Source of the DNA: Nitrospirota bacterium | Lineage (GTDB): Bacteria; Nitrospirota; Nitrospiria; Nitrospirales; Nitrospiraceae | DNA length: 60,537 bases | NCBI GenBank assembly: GCA_963701855.1 | Contig: CAVPBK010000008.1 | Span: forward strand, 1 to 60,537 | Reading direction: 5' to 3' | Part shown: positions 38,818 to 49,884 of the stretch, piece after piece | Numbering within the stretch: position 1 is the stretch's first letter | How the letters are laid out: each line of letters starts with the position of its first letter | Position numbers and translations under genes: made by a program | Notes under the pieces: model-generated | Told to the model about the DNA's origin: nothing | Databases searched by the model: none | What the model saw: only the letters and a program-made list of their open reading frames with translations

Positions 38818-39705
38818 TCAGGGACGGGGCGGGACCTTCCAGATTTGAATGATCGGTGCCGCGCCGGCACGTGCATCGGCGTAAGGAAGGCCATAGAGGC
38901 TTTCAATTGTGCGCAAGACATTGCAGTGAGTGATCCGTTGTTCGTAGCGACCGGCCTGCACCATGGGTCCGAAGAAGGGTGTTACGATCCGGTTATTCTC
39001 TTTCCCATTGTCTTCATCCCAGGTCACGATCAGCAGACTGTTGTGCTGCATTGCCCACTGGACGTAGCCATCCATGTGCTCCTGGAGCCAACGATCGCCG
39101 GCCTGAGTCGCTTCGGGATTTTTCCCATTGTGCATGTCGTTGACCTGGTTCGACACGATCATGTTTACAGTAGGAAGTTGGTTATGCTCGGTGGGAAAAC
39201 TCGACATCTGCAAATTGGCCGTCGCGGGGAGCCCGTTGGCCACGCTATTCTGCCAATTCATCCAGGGATTATGTTTGCGTGCGTACAGCCCCATGCTACA
39301 GATCAGAGAGCTCTCCGAGGACAGGTCTTCCAAATATCCAGTGAAGGTCAGCCCCGCTGCCAACAACGCATGTCCGAGGTTGGGTGTCACGAAGGTGAGC
39401 GGCACAAGTTGTCGGCGATGCTCTGTGTCGATCCGAAAAACAGCGCGAGATAATTCGGCTGGCTGGTGTGGGTGATGCTGAAAGACTGTGTGAAGACTGC
39501 GCTCTGGGCAGCAAATTGATTGATGTATGGCGCATCGGGTGAGTCGATAATCTGGCTGTAGGAATGATTCTCTTCAATCATCAACACAATGTGATCGGGT
39601 CTGGGGAGTGAAGGCGCAGTGCCGCCTAGCGTCGATGTCGCAGAGAGTACACCTGCCTCCACAGCTAACAGCGCAACAATCGTTCAAAAATGAGTTTGAC
39701 TGCAT
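38818..39705 (-). pseudogene. Phosphoesterase/acid phosphatase, frameshifted
   Basis: DHIVLMIEENHSY..THTSQPNYLALF in one frame; YARKHNPW, NDMH, VTWDE in another; signal region also shifted. Confidence 0.85.
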
Positions 39706-39869
39706 ATCGATGTATGCCATAAAGCGTGAAGCGCGAAATTGGCGAGAATAGCGCAACACGAAGTTCGAATTTCCGGGTTCGAGATTCCGAACACTTCAGC
39801 CTTCAGTTTTCAGTCTTCCGAACACCCACCGGTTCCGCTCTTCTCGCTCGTCCCGCATGTCTCATGCAA

Positions 39870-40196
39870 TTATCCATCTGGCTCACCTGGGCAATCGATG
39901 AGATAGCGAGGTCGCGCTTTCGAATCGGTAGCGATCTGTTGTGTCTGGCAGGGGGGAATATCTTCCTGCAGGCGCTTCAGGAGTCTAGGGACCTTCATGC
40001 TGGGCGGCACCTCGCATATCCATAGGTGCGTACCGGATTCCAGTTCTTCCATGTAACGTTGCACGCGAAATCCTGGATGTTCCATGAAATACGCCGACAA
40101 GAATCCTCCAATGGCTTGGACCACCCAGGGGTGCGCGGTCGTATAGCGGTAGCTGGTCCGAAGCTCAACTACCTGTATAGGCTCTTGTTCATCCAT
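39870..40196 (-). CDS. Hypothetical protein
   Basis: 108-aa ORF starting MDEQEPIQVVEL. Confidence 0.7.
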   Translation of the reverse strand: MDEQEPIQVVELRTSYRYTTAHPWVVQAIGGFLSAYFMEHPGFRVQRYMEELESGTHLWICEVPPSMKVPRLLKRLQEDIPPCQTQQIATDSKARPRYLIDCPGEPDG

Positions 40197-40397
40197 CGTT
40201 GCACGGGAGTATAGCTTGTTCCGGGCTATGAAATCTTGTGAGTGCCACGTCCGTGCTTGACCCATTTCAGTTCTGCGTGTAGGGTCCCGCGCGGACGATG
40301 CGGGAGAAGCGAGAAATGCAAGAAAATCGAGATGCGCCGAACAGATGATTGATCGAGTCACACATTTTTCGTTTGTCCGCCTGTTTAATCTACATTC

Positions 40398-41645
40398 ATG
40401 AGAAGACCCATGAAGATTGCCATTATCGGTGGAGGCCCGGCCGGGCTAATGGCAGCAGAGGCGGCGACTGCCACCGGCGCACAAGTCAATATTTATGACG
40501 CCATGGCGTCGGTCGGTCGAAAGTTTCTCTTGGCAGGGAAAGGCGGCCTGAATCTTACGCACTCGGAGACGTCCGAAAAGTTTCTCTCGCGTTATGGAGC
40601 ACGACGTGCACAGATTGCGCCGCTGCTCATGTCGTTCGGGCCTCATGCACTCCGAACATGGGCCCGTGGACTTGGTATCGAAACATTCGAAGGATCTTCC
40701 GGGCGCGTGTTCCCCACCGATCTGAAAGCCGCGCCGCTGCTGCGTTCGTGGCTGCGAAGGTTGCGCAAGGCCGGCGTCCAATTTCATGTTCGACATCGGT
40801 GGACCGGCTGGGACGAGCAGGGGGCGCTGCGTTTTAGCACGTCGGAGGGAAACCTCTCTGTCCAGGCCGATGCGGTAGTGCTGACGCTTGGTGGCGGCAG
40901 TTGGCCAAAACTCGGCTCCGATGCTTCATGGGTGCCACTGCTGGTGGGACGCGGGGTTCACATTGCGCCGTTACAGCCGGCGAACTGTGGCTTCGATGTA
41001 GGATGGAGCGATCATTTCAGGGTAAAGTTTGCCGGACATCCGGTCAAATCGGTGGCCATTGTGATGAAGAGTAAGTCCGGTACCGAATCCTGGCATCCCG
41101 GAGAATTTATCATCACGGAGACTGGCGTAGAAGGCGGCATCATCTACGCAGTGTCCGCCTCTCTTCGCGACGAGATTTTGGCGAAGGGATCGGCGACCGT
41201 GCTCCTCGACCTGACACCTGATCGAGATATGCCGCGTCTAACTCACGATCTGTCGAGGCCGCGCGGCAAACGTACGATGGCAACGCATCTTCAGCGGCAG
41301 GTCCATATTGAAGGCGTGAAGGCGGGGCTGCTTCGCGAAGTGCTTTCGAAAAAGGATATCGCGGACCCGGCTCGTCTGGCTGCTGCGATCAAATCGTTAC
41401 CGTTACGACTCGTTGAGCCGCGCCCGTTGGAGGAAGCGATCAGTACGGCCGGTGGAGTTCCCTTTGAAGCACTTGACGAACGGCTGATGATCCGTACCCT
41501 GCCAGGTCTATTTTGTGCTGGAGAAATGTTGGATTGGGAAGCCCCGACCGGAGGCTATCTGCTCACGGCGTGTTTAGCCAGTGGCCGTGCCGCCGGCCTT
41601 GGAGCGGCAGCTTGGTTCCTAGAGGGAGGAAAAAGTGAGACGTGA
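40398..41645 (+). CDS. HI0933/BaiN-like flavoprotein
   Basis: IIGGGPAG, GRKFLLAGKGGLN, STAGGV, GEMLDWEAPTGGY. Confidence 0.93.
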   Translation: MRRPMKIAIIGGGPAGLMAAEAATATGAQVNIYDAMASVGRKFLLAGKGGLNLTHSETSEKFLSRYGARRAQIAPLLMSFGPHALRTWARGLGIETFEGSSGRVFPTDLKAAPLLRSWLRRLRKAGVQFHVRHRWTGWDEQGALRFSTSEGNLSVQADAVVLTLGGGSWPKLGSDASWVPLLVGRGVHIAPLQPANCGFDVGWSDHFRVKFAGHPVKSVAIVMKSKSGTESWHPGEFIITETGVEGGIIYAVSASLRDEILAKGSATVLLDLTPDRDMPRLTHDLSRPRGKRTMATHLQRQVHIEGVKAGLLREVLSKKDIADPARLAAAIKSLPLRLVEPRPLEEAISTAGGVPFEALDERLMIRTLPGLFCAGEMLDWEAPTGGYLLTACLASGRAAGLGAAAWFLEGGKSET

Positions 41646-41703
41646 GCCGCGGCGCGCAAGACTTGTGGGAAGAACCGGATGCGCGGGACCTGTCTCGCTC
41701 AGC

Positions 41704-42672
41704 TTATCGAGGAGAAACGGCCAGCCCGTTGATGGCTCCGATGGATCGGTATTTCTGATCGCGTTGGGCTAGCAATTGAGGAATGGAGAGATCGTTGAGC
41801 TGGGAGAGTTGGTTGCTGAGGGATTTGGCGACTCGATCGGTGATGGCATTGAGATCCCGATGGGCGCCACCGAGCGGTTCGGGAATCACTTCGTCTACGA
41901 TGCGGAGGTCAACCAGATCTTTCGCCGTCATTTTCAAGGCGGAGGCCGCATCGGGAACTTTAGTCGGATCGTCCCACAGGATGGCGGCGCAGCCTTCCGG
42001 TGAAATCACCGAATAGACTCCATGCTCCAACATGAGGACGCGGTCTGAGACGCCCAATGCGAGTGCTCCGCCGCTGCCACCTTCACCGATAACGATGGAA
42101 ATAATTGGGACCGCGAGCCGGGACATGACAAACAGATTGCGGGCGATAGCTTCAGCCTGGCCGCGCTCTTCCGCGCCGATGCCGGGGTAGGCACCCGGCG
42201 TGTCGATAAAGGTCACGATCGGACGTCCAAACTTCTCGGCCATCCTCATGAGACGCAGGGCCTTTCGGTAACCTTCTGGATTCGGCATGCCAAAGTTTCG
42301 TTGCATCCGTTCTTTGAGAGTCTTTCCTTTTTGATGACCGATAACCATGACCGAGCGGTCATTGAATCGAGCGAAGCCTCCGACAATGGCACGATCGTCG
42401 CCGAACGAACGGTCCCCATGGAACTCAAAAAAATCTCTAAATAGATAGCTGATGTAATCGAGGGTGCTGGGTCTTTGGGGATGCCGGGCGAGTTGTGTTC
42501 TCTGCCAAGGAGTCAGTTTGCTATAGAGCGTATGCTCGACCTGGGCCAGCTTCATCCGCAGCTTGCGGATCTCATCCTGGGGAGCCGATTTCCCGGCAGG
42601 AACGGCCGCGAGCTTTTCTATCTTTTCTTCAATCTCGCGAACCGGTTTTTCAAATTCAAGGTAATCGCGCAT
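41704..42672 (-). CDS. accA: Acetyl-CoA carboxylase carboxyltransferase alpha
   Basis: YLEFEKP, ARHPQRP, GEGGSGGAL, VISPEGCA. Confidence 0.98.
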   Translation of the reverse strand: MRDYLEFEKPVREIEEKIEKLAAVPAGKSAPQDEIRKLRMKLAQVEHTLYSKLTPWQRTQLARHPQRPSTLDYISYLFRDFFEFHGDRSFGDDRAIVGGFARFNDRSVMVIGHQKGKTLKERMQRNFGMPNPEGYRKALRLMRMAEKFGRPIVTFIDTPGAYPGIGAEERGQAEAIARNLFVMSRLAVPIISIVIGEGGSGGALALGVSDRVLMLEHGVYSVISPEGCAAILWDDPTKVPDAASALKMTAKDLVDLRIVDEVIPEPLGGAHRDLNAITDRVAKSLSNQLSQLNDLSIPQLLAQRDQKYRSIGAINGLAVSPR

Positions 42673-42736
42673 ACAGTGTTTGATGGATATCAATATTGAG
42701 GGAGGGGAGTACAGATACCCTACCCTGAATTAGTGC

Positions 42737-45700
42737 CTACGATAGCAGAAAAATGGTCCCTTTGCCTAGCACTTCTTCAACATCCGCGACAAATCGTTCG
42801 CTCGGGCTGACGGTCAGGTGGGGGAGGGGGGTGGTCTCGGCTTCCATCGCTGAATCCAAGCAAAACTTGAGCGAGACGGTCGTGGCTCCTGAGTGACGCA
42901 GAAAAACCTCACGGAGGTGCGGTAACTGTTCTGTCACGCCGGGGCGATCTGTCAGTTGAACACGAACCCGTTTGATCGTCTGCGCTTGCACTTCGGCGAG
43001 CGGTTCAATTTTACTCCCTCGAATCTTCGTGCCTTTATCTCCCCGATCCACTGTGCCTGTGATGCGCACCAGGCGTTCCGGCACAACCAAGTCGGCGGCG
43101 GTTTTGTAGAGATCTGGAAAGACGATGATTTCGACTACACCCTGGAGGTCTTCCAGCGTGAGATAGGCCATTCGGTCGCCCTTCTTGGTCAGCATGCTCT
43201 TGACGGTCGTAATGATTCCGCAGAGTTTCACCTCCCGGCCATCCGACAATTCCGGCAGGCCGATAGTCGAGGCCGTGGCAAGCGCCTGAATTGTGGCCTC
43301 ATAGCGTGCCAGCGGATGAGAGGAGATATAGAAGCCGGTCAGCTCCCGCTCCTGCTTCAACCGCTCGCTTTGATCCCATTCAGGTATGTTGGGCAGCGGC
43401 ATGGCCGGATGTTCCGCCAAGTCCTGTCCGTGCAGTTCGTCACCGAAAATATTGGTCTGCCCCAGATCCCGTTCACGCTGTGCAGCCGCCCCGTCTTCAA
43501 CGGCTTGATCCAAAACCGCGGCCAATTGAGAACGTTTCGCGCCGGTTGAGTCGAACGCACCGGTCTTGATCAGCCCTTCGAGCATGCGCTTGTTCACTCT
43601 GCGGAGATCGACGCGGCGGCAGAACTCAAAGAAAGACTTGAAGGGGCCGGTTTCATTTCGAATCTCGATGATCGATTCGACGGCGCCTTCGCCGACATTC
43701 TTGATGGCGGCCAGGCCGAACCGGATGGCATGGTCCACCACGGTGAAGTTCTTATGGCTTTCGTTGACGTCGGGGGGCAAGACCTTGATGTTAAGGTCGC
43801 GGCATTCCGTGAAGTAGCCGACGATCTTGTCGGCGTTGCCCATGTCGGTGGTCATCAGGGCGGCCATGAACTCAGTCGGATAGTGCGCTTTCAGATAGCC
43901 GGTCTGATAGCAGACAACGGCATAGGCTGCGGCGTGCGATTTGTTGAACCCGTAGCCGGCAAACTTCTGGATCAGTTCATAGAGCTTTTCCGCTTTCTTG
44001 TCGGGAATCTTATTGATCTTGGCCCCGGCCAGGAACTGCATGCGCAGCTTCTCCATTTCCTCCGGTTTCTTTTTGCCCATCGCGCGCCGGAGAATGTCGG
44101 CTTGGCCGAGCGAAAAGCCCGCCACCTTGTTGGCAATGGCCATTACCTGTTCCTGATAGACGATGACCCCGTAGGTGTCCTTCAGGATCGGTTCGAGTTC
44201 AGGTACTTCATAGGCGATCGGAATCTTGCCCTGTTTGCGTTTGATGAAGTCGGGAATCAGATCCATTGGGCCGGGGCGATAAAGCGCGATGATGGCGATG
44301 ATGTCCTCGAAACGATCCGGTTTCAGGCCGGTCAGGAGATCGCGCATTCCGGAGCTCTCCAACTGGAAGAGGCCAATGGTCTTTCCTGAGGAGAGAAGGG
44401 CGAATGTTTTGAGATCGTCGAACGGCATCTGCTCCATGACCAATGGTGGATTGCCGGGATACCGCTCATTGATCAGAGTCTCTGCACGTTTGATCATCGT
44501 GAGGGTTTTGAGGCCCAGGAAATCAAATTTGACGAGCCCGATCTTTTCGACATCTCCCATTGAATATTGAGTGACGATTTCGTCGTTGGCTCCTTTGTAG
44601 AGCGGCACGTGGTCCGTGAGAGGTCCTTCGGAAATTACTACGCCGGCGGCGTGAGTCGAGGCGTGCCGGGCCAGTCCTTCGAGGGAACGGGCGATGCCCA
44701 TTAGCTCTTTGACCCGCGTATCGGTCTCGACGAGATCGCGCAGTTTCGGTTCTTGATCGAGTGCCTGTTGGAGCGTGATATTCAATTGATTCGGGACGAG
44801 CTTGGCCACGCGATCGACTTCTGCATAGGGAATTTCCAGCACGCGGCCCACGTCCCGAATCGCGGCTTTCGCCCCGAGCGTCCCGAACGTAATGATCTGG
44901 GCCACATGGTCTTTGCCATACTTATCGACCACATAGTTGATGACCTCACCCCGGCGTTCCATGCAGAAATCCATGTCGATATCGGGGAGGGACACGCGCT
45001 CGGGATTCAAAAACCGTTCGAATAAAAGTGTGTAGACGAGAGGATCGAGGTCTGTGATGCGCAGTGCATAGGCGACGAGACTTCCGGCGGCGGAGCCTCG
45101 GCCCGGTCCGACTGGAATATTGCGCGACCGGGCAAACTTGATGATGTCCCACACGATAAGGAAATAGCCGGCGAACCCCATCGAGCAGATAATCGTCAGC
45201 TCTTCACGCAGGCGCAGTTCATAGGCAGTCTGCAGGATCTGACTGGGCCTTTCTCGTAGCCTGGATGCCAACCCCTCCAGCGCCAAACGCTCCAGATAGG
45301 TTTCCCGCGTGAACCCTTCAGGCACTTTGTATTGCGGGAGGTGCGTCTTATTCAGCGCCAATTGGAGATCGCAGTTGTCCGCAATTCGACAGGTATTGGT
45401 GACGGCGTTGGGGAACTCGATAAAGGCGGCTGAGACTTCTTCTGTCGATTTCACATAGAGCTGATCCGTATCGAACTTCATGCGATTCGGGTCGCTGATC
45501 GTCTTGCCGGTTTGCAGACAGAGCATCAGTTCATGCGGGCGGAAATCTTCTTTCTTAAGGTAATGGCAATCGTTGGTGCCGGCCAGAGGGATGTCCATTT
45601 TCCTGGCAATCTCAAGCAGGCCGCTATTCGCGACTCGCTGGTGATCCAACCCGTTCGCCTGCACTTCAAGATAGAAGTGTTCCTTCCCGAATATTTCCTG

Positions 45701-46195
45701 AAACTCGCCTGCCACAGCCATCGCGCCGGCCATGTCTTTCTGGCCGATGAGGTAAGGAATCTCGCCGCTTAAACAACCGGATAGGGCGATGAGTCCCTCA
45801 TGGTGCTCTTTCAAAATTTCCTTGTCCATCCGTGGTTTGTAGTAGAATCCTTCAAGGTAAGCCTTACTAACAAGATTGATCAGGTTCTGATAGCCGGTCA
45901 GATTTCGAGCCAGGAGGATCAGGTGATAGTAGTCGTTGTGGGCGAGGCCGCTGTCTTTGGCAGCCAAGCGACTGCCAGGGGCCATGTAGGCTTCGCAGCC
46001 GATGATGGGTTTGATACCGGCGTCTTTGGCTTTGCGGTAAAACTCGATGGCTCCGAACATGTTGCCATGGTCGGTCATGGCCACAGCCGGCTGATCGAAG
46101 GCTTTGATCTGCTGGACCAGCGGCTCGATTTGATTCGCGCCGTCTAAGAGGCTGAACTGGGTGTGGAGGTGGAGATGAACAAAGGACGACGCCAT
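42737..46195 (-). CDS. dnaE: DNA polymerase III alpha subunit
   Basis: PHP domain HLHLHT, GRGSAAGS, PDIDMDF, FNKSH. Confidence 0.99.
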   Translation of the reverse strand: MASSFVHLHLHTQFSLLDGANQIEPLVQQIKAFDQPAVAMTDHGNMFGAIEFYRKAKDAGIKPIIGCEAYMAPGSRLAAKDSGLAHNDYYHLILLARNLTGYQNLINLVSKAYLEGFYYKPRMDKEILKEHHEGLIALSGCLSGEIPYLIGQKDMAGAMAVAGEFQEIFGKEHFYLEVQANGLDHQRVANSGLLEIARKMDIPLAGTNDCHYLKKEDFRPHELMLCLQTGKTISDPNRMKFDTDQLYVKSTEEVSAAFIEFPNAVTNTCRIADNCDLQLALNKTHLPQYKVPEGFTRETYLERLALEGLASRLRERPSQILQTAYELRLREELTIICSMGFAGYFLIVWDIIKFARSRNIPVGPGRGSAAGSLVAYALRITDLDPLVYTLLFERFLNPERVSLPDIDMDFCMERRGEVINYVVDKYGKDHVAQIITFGTLGAKAAIRDVGRVLEIPYAEVDRVAKLVPNQLNITLQQALDQEPKLRDLVETDTRVKELMGIARSLEGLARHASTHAAGVVISEGPLTDHVPLYKGANDEIVTQYSMGDVEKIGLVKFDFLGLKTLTMIKRAETLINERYPGNPPLVMEQMPFDDLKTFALLSSGKTIGLFQLESSGMRDLLTGLKPDRFEDIIAIIALYRPGPMDLIPDFIKRKQGKIPIAYEVPELEPILKDTYGVIVYQEQVMAIANKVAGFSLGQADILRRAMGKKKPEEMEKLRMQFLAGAKINKIPDKKAEKLYELIQKFAGYGFNKSHAAAYAVVCYQTGYLKAHYPTEFMAALMTTDMGNADKIVGYFTECRDLNIKVLPPDVNESHKNFTVVDHAIRFGLAAIKNVGEGAVESIIEIRNETGPFKSFFEFCRRVDLRRVNKRMLEGLIKTGAFDSTGAKRSQLAAVLDQAVEDGAAAQRERDLGQTNIFGDELHGQDLAEHPAMPLPNIPEWDQSERLKQERELTGFYISSHPLARYEATIQALATASTIGLPELSDGREVKLCGIITTVKSMLTKKGDRMAYLTLEDLQGVVEIIVFPDLYKTAADLVVPERLVRITGTVDRGDKGTKIRGSKIEPLAEVQAQTIKRVRVQLTDRPGVTEQLPHLREVFLRHSGATTVSLKFCLDSAMEAETTPLPHLTVSPSERFVADVEEVLGKGTIFLLS

Positions 46196-46412
46196 GGCGG
46201 GATTCTAGGAGGGCAGAGAAGGCGAAGTCAAACGAGAGAGGGAGGGCAATCTGGTCGCTCGCCTGCTCGTGGAACGCGCACGATAGGAATGTGCCCGAGC
46301 AACGCGCATGTCTAGCTTGTCTCGCTCACGTTTGCGTGGGAGTGACCGGCCGATTGAGAGCTGTCATAATGGTGTGGGGCAAGGAACGCGCTAGATAGAA
46401 GTAAGGAATCTC

Positions 46413-47096
46413 ATGCGAATATTGCTGGTTGAAGACGATCTGAACCTCGCGCAGTTCATCCGCAAAGGGTTGAAGGAAGAACAGTATGCGGTGGACTTCG
46501 CGGCCGATGGCGAAGAAGGGTTGGCGCTGGCCTTGGCAAATCCTTACGATCTGTTGATCCTCGACATCATGTTGTCTAAGCTCGATGGCCTCACCCTCTG
46601 CCGCCGTGTCCGGGCCAAGGGAAACACGACTCCAGTATTGCTGTTGACCGCGCGCAACACCTTGGAGGCCAAGATTTCAGGTTTCGATACCGGCGCGGAT
46701 CAGTTTCTGTCGAAGCCGTTCGCGTTTGCAGAAATGCTGGCACGAATCCGGGCCTTGCTACGACGAGGTGGGCCGCAACAAATGATCCGACTCAAAGCGG
46801 CAGATTTGGAGCTGGATCCGGCTTCTCACCGCGTGTGGCGAGCCGGGCAAGAAATCCCACTGACGAATAAAGAGTATGCATTGCTAGAGTTCCTCTTGCG
46901 AAACAAGAATCGGGTGTTGACGCGAACGGCGATCATCGAACACGTGTGGGACATCAGCTATGACCCCATGACAAATATCGTGGACGCTCATATTCGGGCC
47001 CTGCGCGCGAAGATCGACCGAGATTTTTCACCCCAATTGATTGCCACCGTACGCGGCGCTGGGTACATGTTGGAGGAAGCGGAACCGATCGCATGA
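46413..47096 (+). CDS. OmpR-family response regulator (heavy-metal CusR/CzcR-like)
   Basis: Receiver plus winged helix; EHVWDISYD..TNIVDAHI, TVRGAGY. Confidence 0.95.
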   Translation: MRILLVEDDLNLAQFIRKGLKEEQYAVDFAADGEEGLALALANPYDLLILDIMLSKLDGLTLCRRVRAKGNTTPVLLLTARNTLEAKISGFDTGADQFLSKPFAFAEMLARIRALLRRGGPQQMIRLKAADLELDPASHRVWRAGQEIPLTNKEYALLEFLLRNKNRVLTRTAIIEHVWDISYDPMTNIVDAHIRALRAKIDRDFSPQLIATVRGAGYMLEEAEPIA

Positions 47097-48526
47097 AGTC
47101 CCTGCATAATTTGATCCGTCAGTCTGCGCTCATTCTGATGGCAGCGCTTCTCCTGGTCTTTTCTGTTCTGATCTACGCCGGAGGCGATGCCTTGTTGCGC
47201 CGCTTTGTGGATGGCCGGCTGTTCGGGTTGGCGGAAACGATGGCCAGGATCGTTGAGCAACACCCCAACATTGTCGAGAGTTCCAATGAGGAATATACGC
47301 TTGCGGACGAGATGATCCGAGGCAAAAATGATACGCGCGAGGTGACCCATTCTCTTCGGATCTTCTCCCCGGATGGCCGACTGGTTTGGAAAAGTCCCAA
47401 CGCCGTGGCACAGGCAACGATTCCCGATCGCGTCCTCGAACAAGTCCGTCTCGGAAAAATGCTGTATGAAACTGCTGAGTCGTTGTTGGATGGTAAGTCC
47501 GTACGACAGCTATACGTCACGATTCCTCGGCAGGGCCCGGTACGACACGTTCTGCAGGCAGAGGCATCAATGCTGCTGTACCGGGAAACACTTGTTGGTC
47601 TCGTGATCCTACTGACCCTTGGATCCGGGACCATCCTTTTCGTTGCTTGGATAGGCAGCGGGTGGCTGGCCAAGAAAGTGATGACTCCGATCGAGGTGTT
47701 GAGTACCGGTGCAGAAACAATGTCGGAAGCTGACTTGGGGAAACGCTTAACCCTGGATTCGCCCTACCAGGAATTCCGTCGACTCACCCAAGCGTTCAAC
47801 TCCGTGATGGACCGGTTCCAACGGAGCGGTGAAACTCAGCGGAGGTTTTGCGACATTGCCGCCCACGAAATGAAAACCCCCTTGACCATATTGCAGGGCA
47901 ATCTGGACGTTGCCCTCATGAAAGCCAGAACTTCGGAAGAATATCGCGAAGCCCTCATCAACAATCTTGAGCAGGTGGGACGGCTCATTGCCCTGACTCG
48001 TTCCCTGTTGACCCTCGCCAATTTCACGAGCGGCAAGCCGCCGGTTCACCTCGTGCCGCTCGTCCTGGGACCGATGATTCAAGATATAGTGGATGAACTG
48101 ACCCCCCTTGCCGATGACCGCCGAATCAGTTTGTCGTTTGAACCCCAATCAGTCCCATCCGTCCTCGGCGATGCCCAGTGGCTCAAGCAAGCACTGATCA
48201 ATCTACTCGACAACGCGCTGCACTATACGCCGTCCGGTGGAGCCGTGACCGTTCATTTACAGGCAGTCAGGGAAGGAGTTGCTGTGGCTGTCGAGGATAC
48301 AGGCCATGGCATCGAGCCGGAGCATCTTCCTTATCTCTTCGAGCGGTTTTATCGAACTGATTGGGCAAGGGCAAAGGATGCAGGTGGTACCGGGCTTGGG
48401 TTGCCGATCGTCAAGGAAATCGCTGAGGCCCATGGCGGGACCGTTTCGGTCACAAGCCAAGTCGATAAAGGCTCAGTCTTTACCCTGCGCTTGCCGGTCC
48501 TCACTCACCAGACGATTCCTGCTTAG
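47093..48526 (+). CDS. Sensor histidine kinase (2 TM, HAMP)
   Basis: AHEMKTPL, NLLDNA, DTGHG, GTGLGL. Confidence 0.95.
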   Translation: MKSLHNLIRQSALILMAALLLVFSVLIYAGGDALLRRFVDGRLFGLAETMARIVEQHPNIVESSNEEYTLADEMIRGKNDTREVTHSLRIFSPDGRLVWKSPNAVAQATIPDRVLEQVRLGKMLYETAESLLDGKSVRQLYVTIPRQGPVRHVLQAEASMLLYRETLVGLVILLTLGSGTILFVAWIGSGWLAKKVMTPIEVLSTGAETMSEADLGKRLTLDSPYQEFRRLTQAFNSVMDRFQRSGETQRRFCDIAAHEMKTPLTILQGNLDVALMKARTSEEYREALINNLEQVGRLIALTRSLLTLANFTSGKPPVHLVPLVLGPMIQDIVDELTPLADDRRISLSFEPQSVPSVLGDAQWLKQALINLLDNALHYTPSGGAVTVHLQAVREGVAVAVEDTGHGIEPEHLPYLFERFYRTDWARAKDAGGTGLGLPIVKEIAEAHGGTVSVTSQVDKGSVFTLRLPVLTHQTIPA

Positions 48527-48675
48527 TAGGATGCTGAAAAAAACCTCCAGCTTAGTTTTCGACTTATCGAAATCCTCGCTGACGTCCTTTTGGGGCATTC
48601 TGCACGCAATCGCCCGGTGTCTAGTTTTGGAAACCGTTGAATTTCTACCATGAACACAAGGTTTTCCGCAGGCTC
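48527..48675 (+). repeat. MITE/REP-like element, copy 3 (internally deleted)
   Basis: TAGGATGCTGAAAAA start, ATCGAAATCCTC shared with copy 1, 3' arm similar to the extra arm of copy 2. Confidence 0.65.
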
Positions 48676-48768
48676 CAAGCCCGCAGGAGTTACGAAGACT
48701 TCTAGTGCAACTGCGATCATGACTCAAGCAGGATAGGCACCGCAACCCCTCAGGATGATGAAGGTTTC

Positions 48769-48811
48769 TTCATGATCCGTTCATGTTTCCTTCATATCCG
48801 ACTGTTACAGT
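48769..48811 (+). promoter_or_regulatory. Three TTCAT direct repeats at 11-bp period plus -10 TACAGT; OmpR/PhoB-type box
   Basis: TTCAT at 48769, 48780 and 48791. Confidence 0.6.
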
Positions 48812-48905
48812 CGTACTGTACCCCACAGGATACCAAAATCACTCTCGGAGATTTTGAACATCAGGGATTTACCTGCAACTTAGGACTAGTTATGATGAGG
48901 GAGCT

Positions 48906-49544
48906 ATGAGCAAGATATTTCAATCTATGCCGGTGTTGGCACTCGCACTCGCTGGCTTGGTGGGCTGTGACTACGAATCGCGTGCAGCAGGGGAAGTCAA
49001 TCCAGCCCGTGTAGCAGAGATGAAACAGGCCTATCGCGATCTCTGGCTTGGGCACATCTATTGGGTGCAGCATGCCGTATTAACCGAGGCGACGGGCAGT
49101 CCGGCGGAGCGTGATGCTGTCAAGAAGAGAGTCGACGATAATACGAAACAGATTGCGAGCATGCTGATACCATTCTACGGTGAGGCTCGGTCGCAGAAAT
49201 TCTCGAGCCTGTTGGATAGCAACATCGGCGCAGTGAGAGAATACTCGGAAGCCACCGTTGCAGGGAATACGAGCCAGCAGGATGCCGCACTTGCCCACTT
49301 AGCGAAAAATGCCGACAATTTCGGCGCATTTTTTAAGGAAATCAATCCCTATCTGTCGGAATCCACCGTTCGGGGGCTGATCGCGGCGCATGGCGCTCAC
49401 CATGTCCTCCAAATCAACCAGTACAAGAAAAAGGACTATGCGCATCTAGATGAAACCTGGAAGATGATGCGTGAACACGTCTATGTCATAGCAGATACGT
49501 TGATAGAGGCGTTGGTGAAGCAGTTTCCTGGCAAGTTCGTATAA
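48906..49544 (+). CDS. His-rich helical lipoprotein, function unknown
   Basis: Lipobox LVGC; LWLGHIYW, AAHGAHH, REHV. Confidence 0.8.
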   Translation: MSKIFQSMPVLALALAGLVGCDYESRAAGEVNPARVAEMKQAYRDLWLGHIYWVQHAVLTEATGSPAERDAVKKRVDDNTKQIASMLIPFYGEARSQKFSSLLDSNIGAVREYSEATVAGNTSQQDAALAHLAKNADNFGAFFKEINPYLSESTVRGLIAAHGAHHVLQINQYKKKDYAHLDETWKMMREHVYVIADTLIEALVKQFPGKFV

Positions 49545-49884
49545 CCGGCTACCGTCGCGTGCTGCCGTCACCCCCGACGATTTCGAGAGAGGAACACAGA
49601 GCGGTTATGAATACTCCAACCTAGCCGCTTCAGACAGAGCTACGGTGTTGCAGTACAAGCGGTTTGCAACCACATAATTCGGTACAATTCGTCTCGACAG
49701 GGAGGCTCAACACGGGGAAAGTTGGCCTATTCGCCACCTGAGATACGAGTCTGTCCCTCAAATAATTTGCGGCCCGCTTTTATCGGGTTCTGGTCATCGG
49801 GTTTTGAGCCGTCTTTCTCCTAAGCCCTATAGATTGACCGCAATCTCCTGAGCACATCGCAAAGAAATAAGAGGACGCCGCGCA

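Noticed and set aside
42737..46195. Intein in DnaE
   Set aside because: The 1152-aa length and continuous motifs match an uninterrupted protein.
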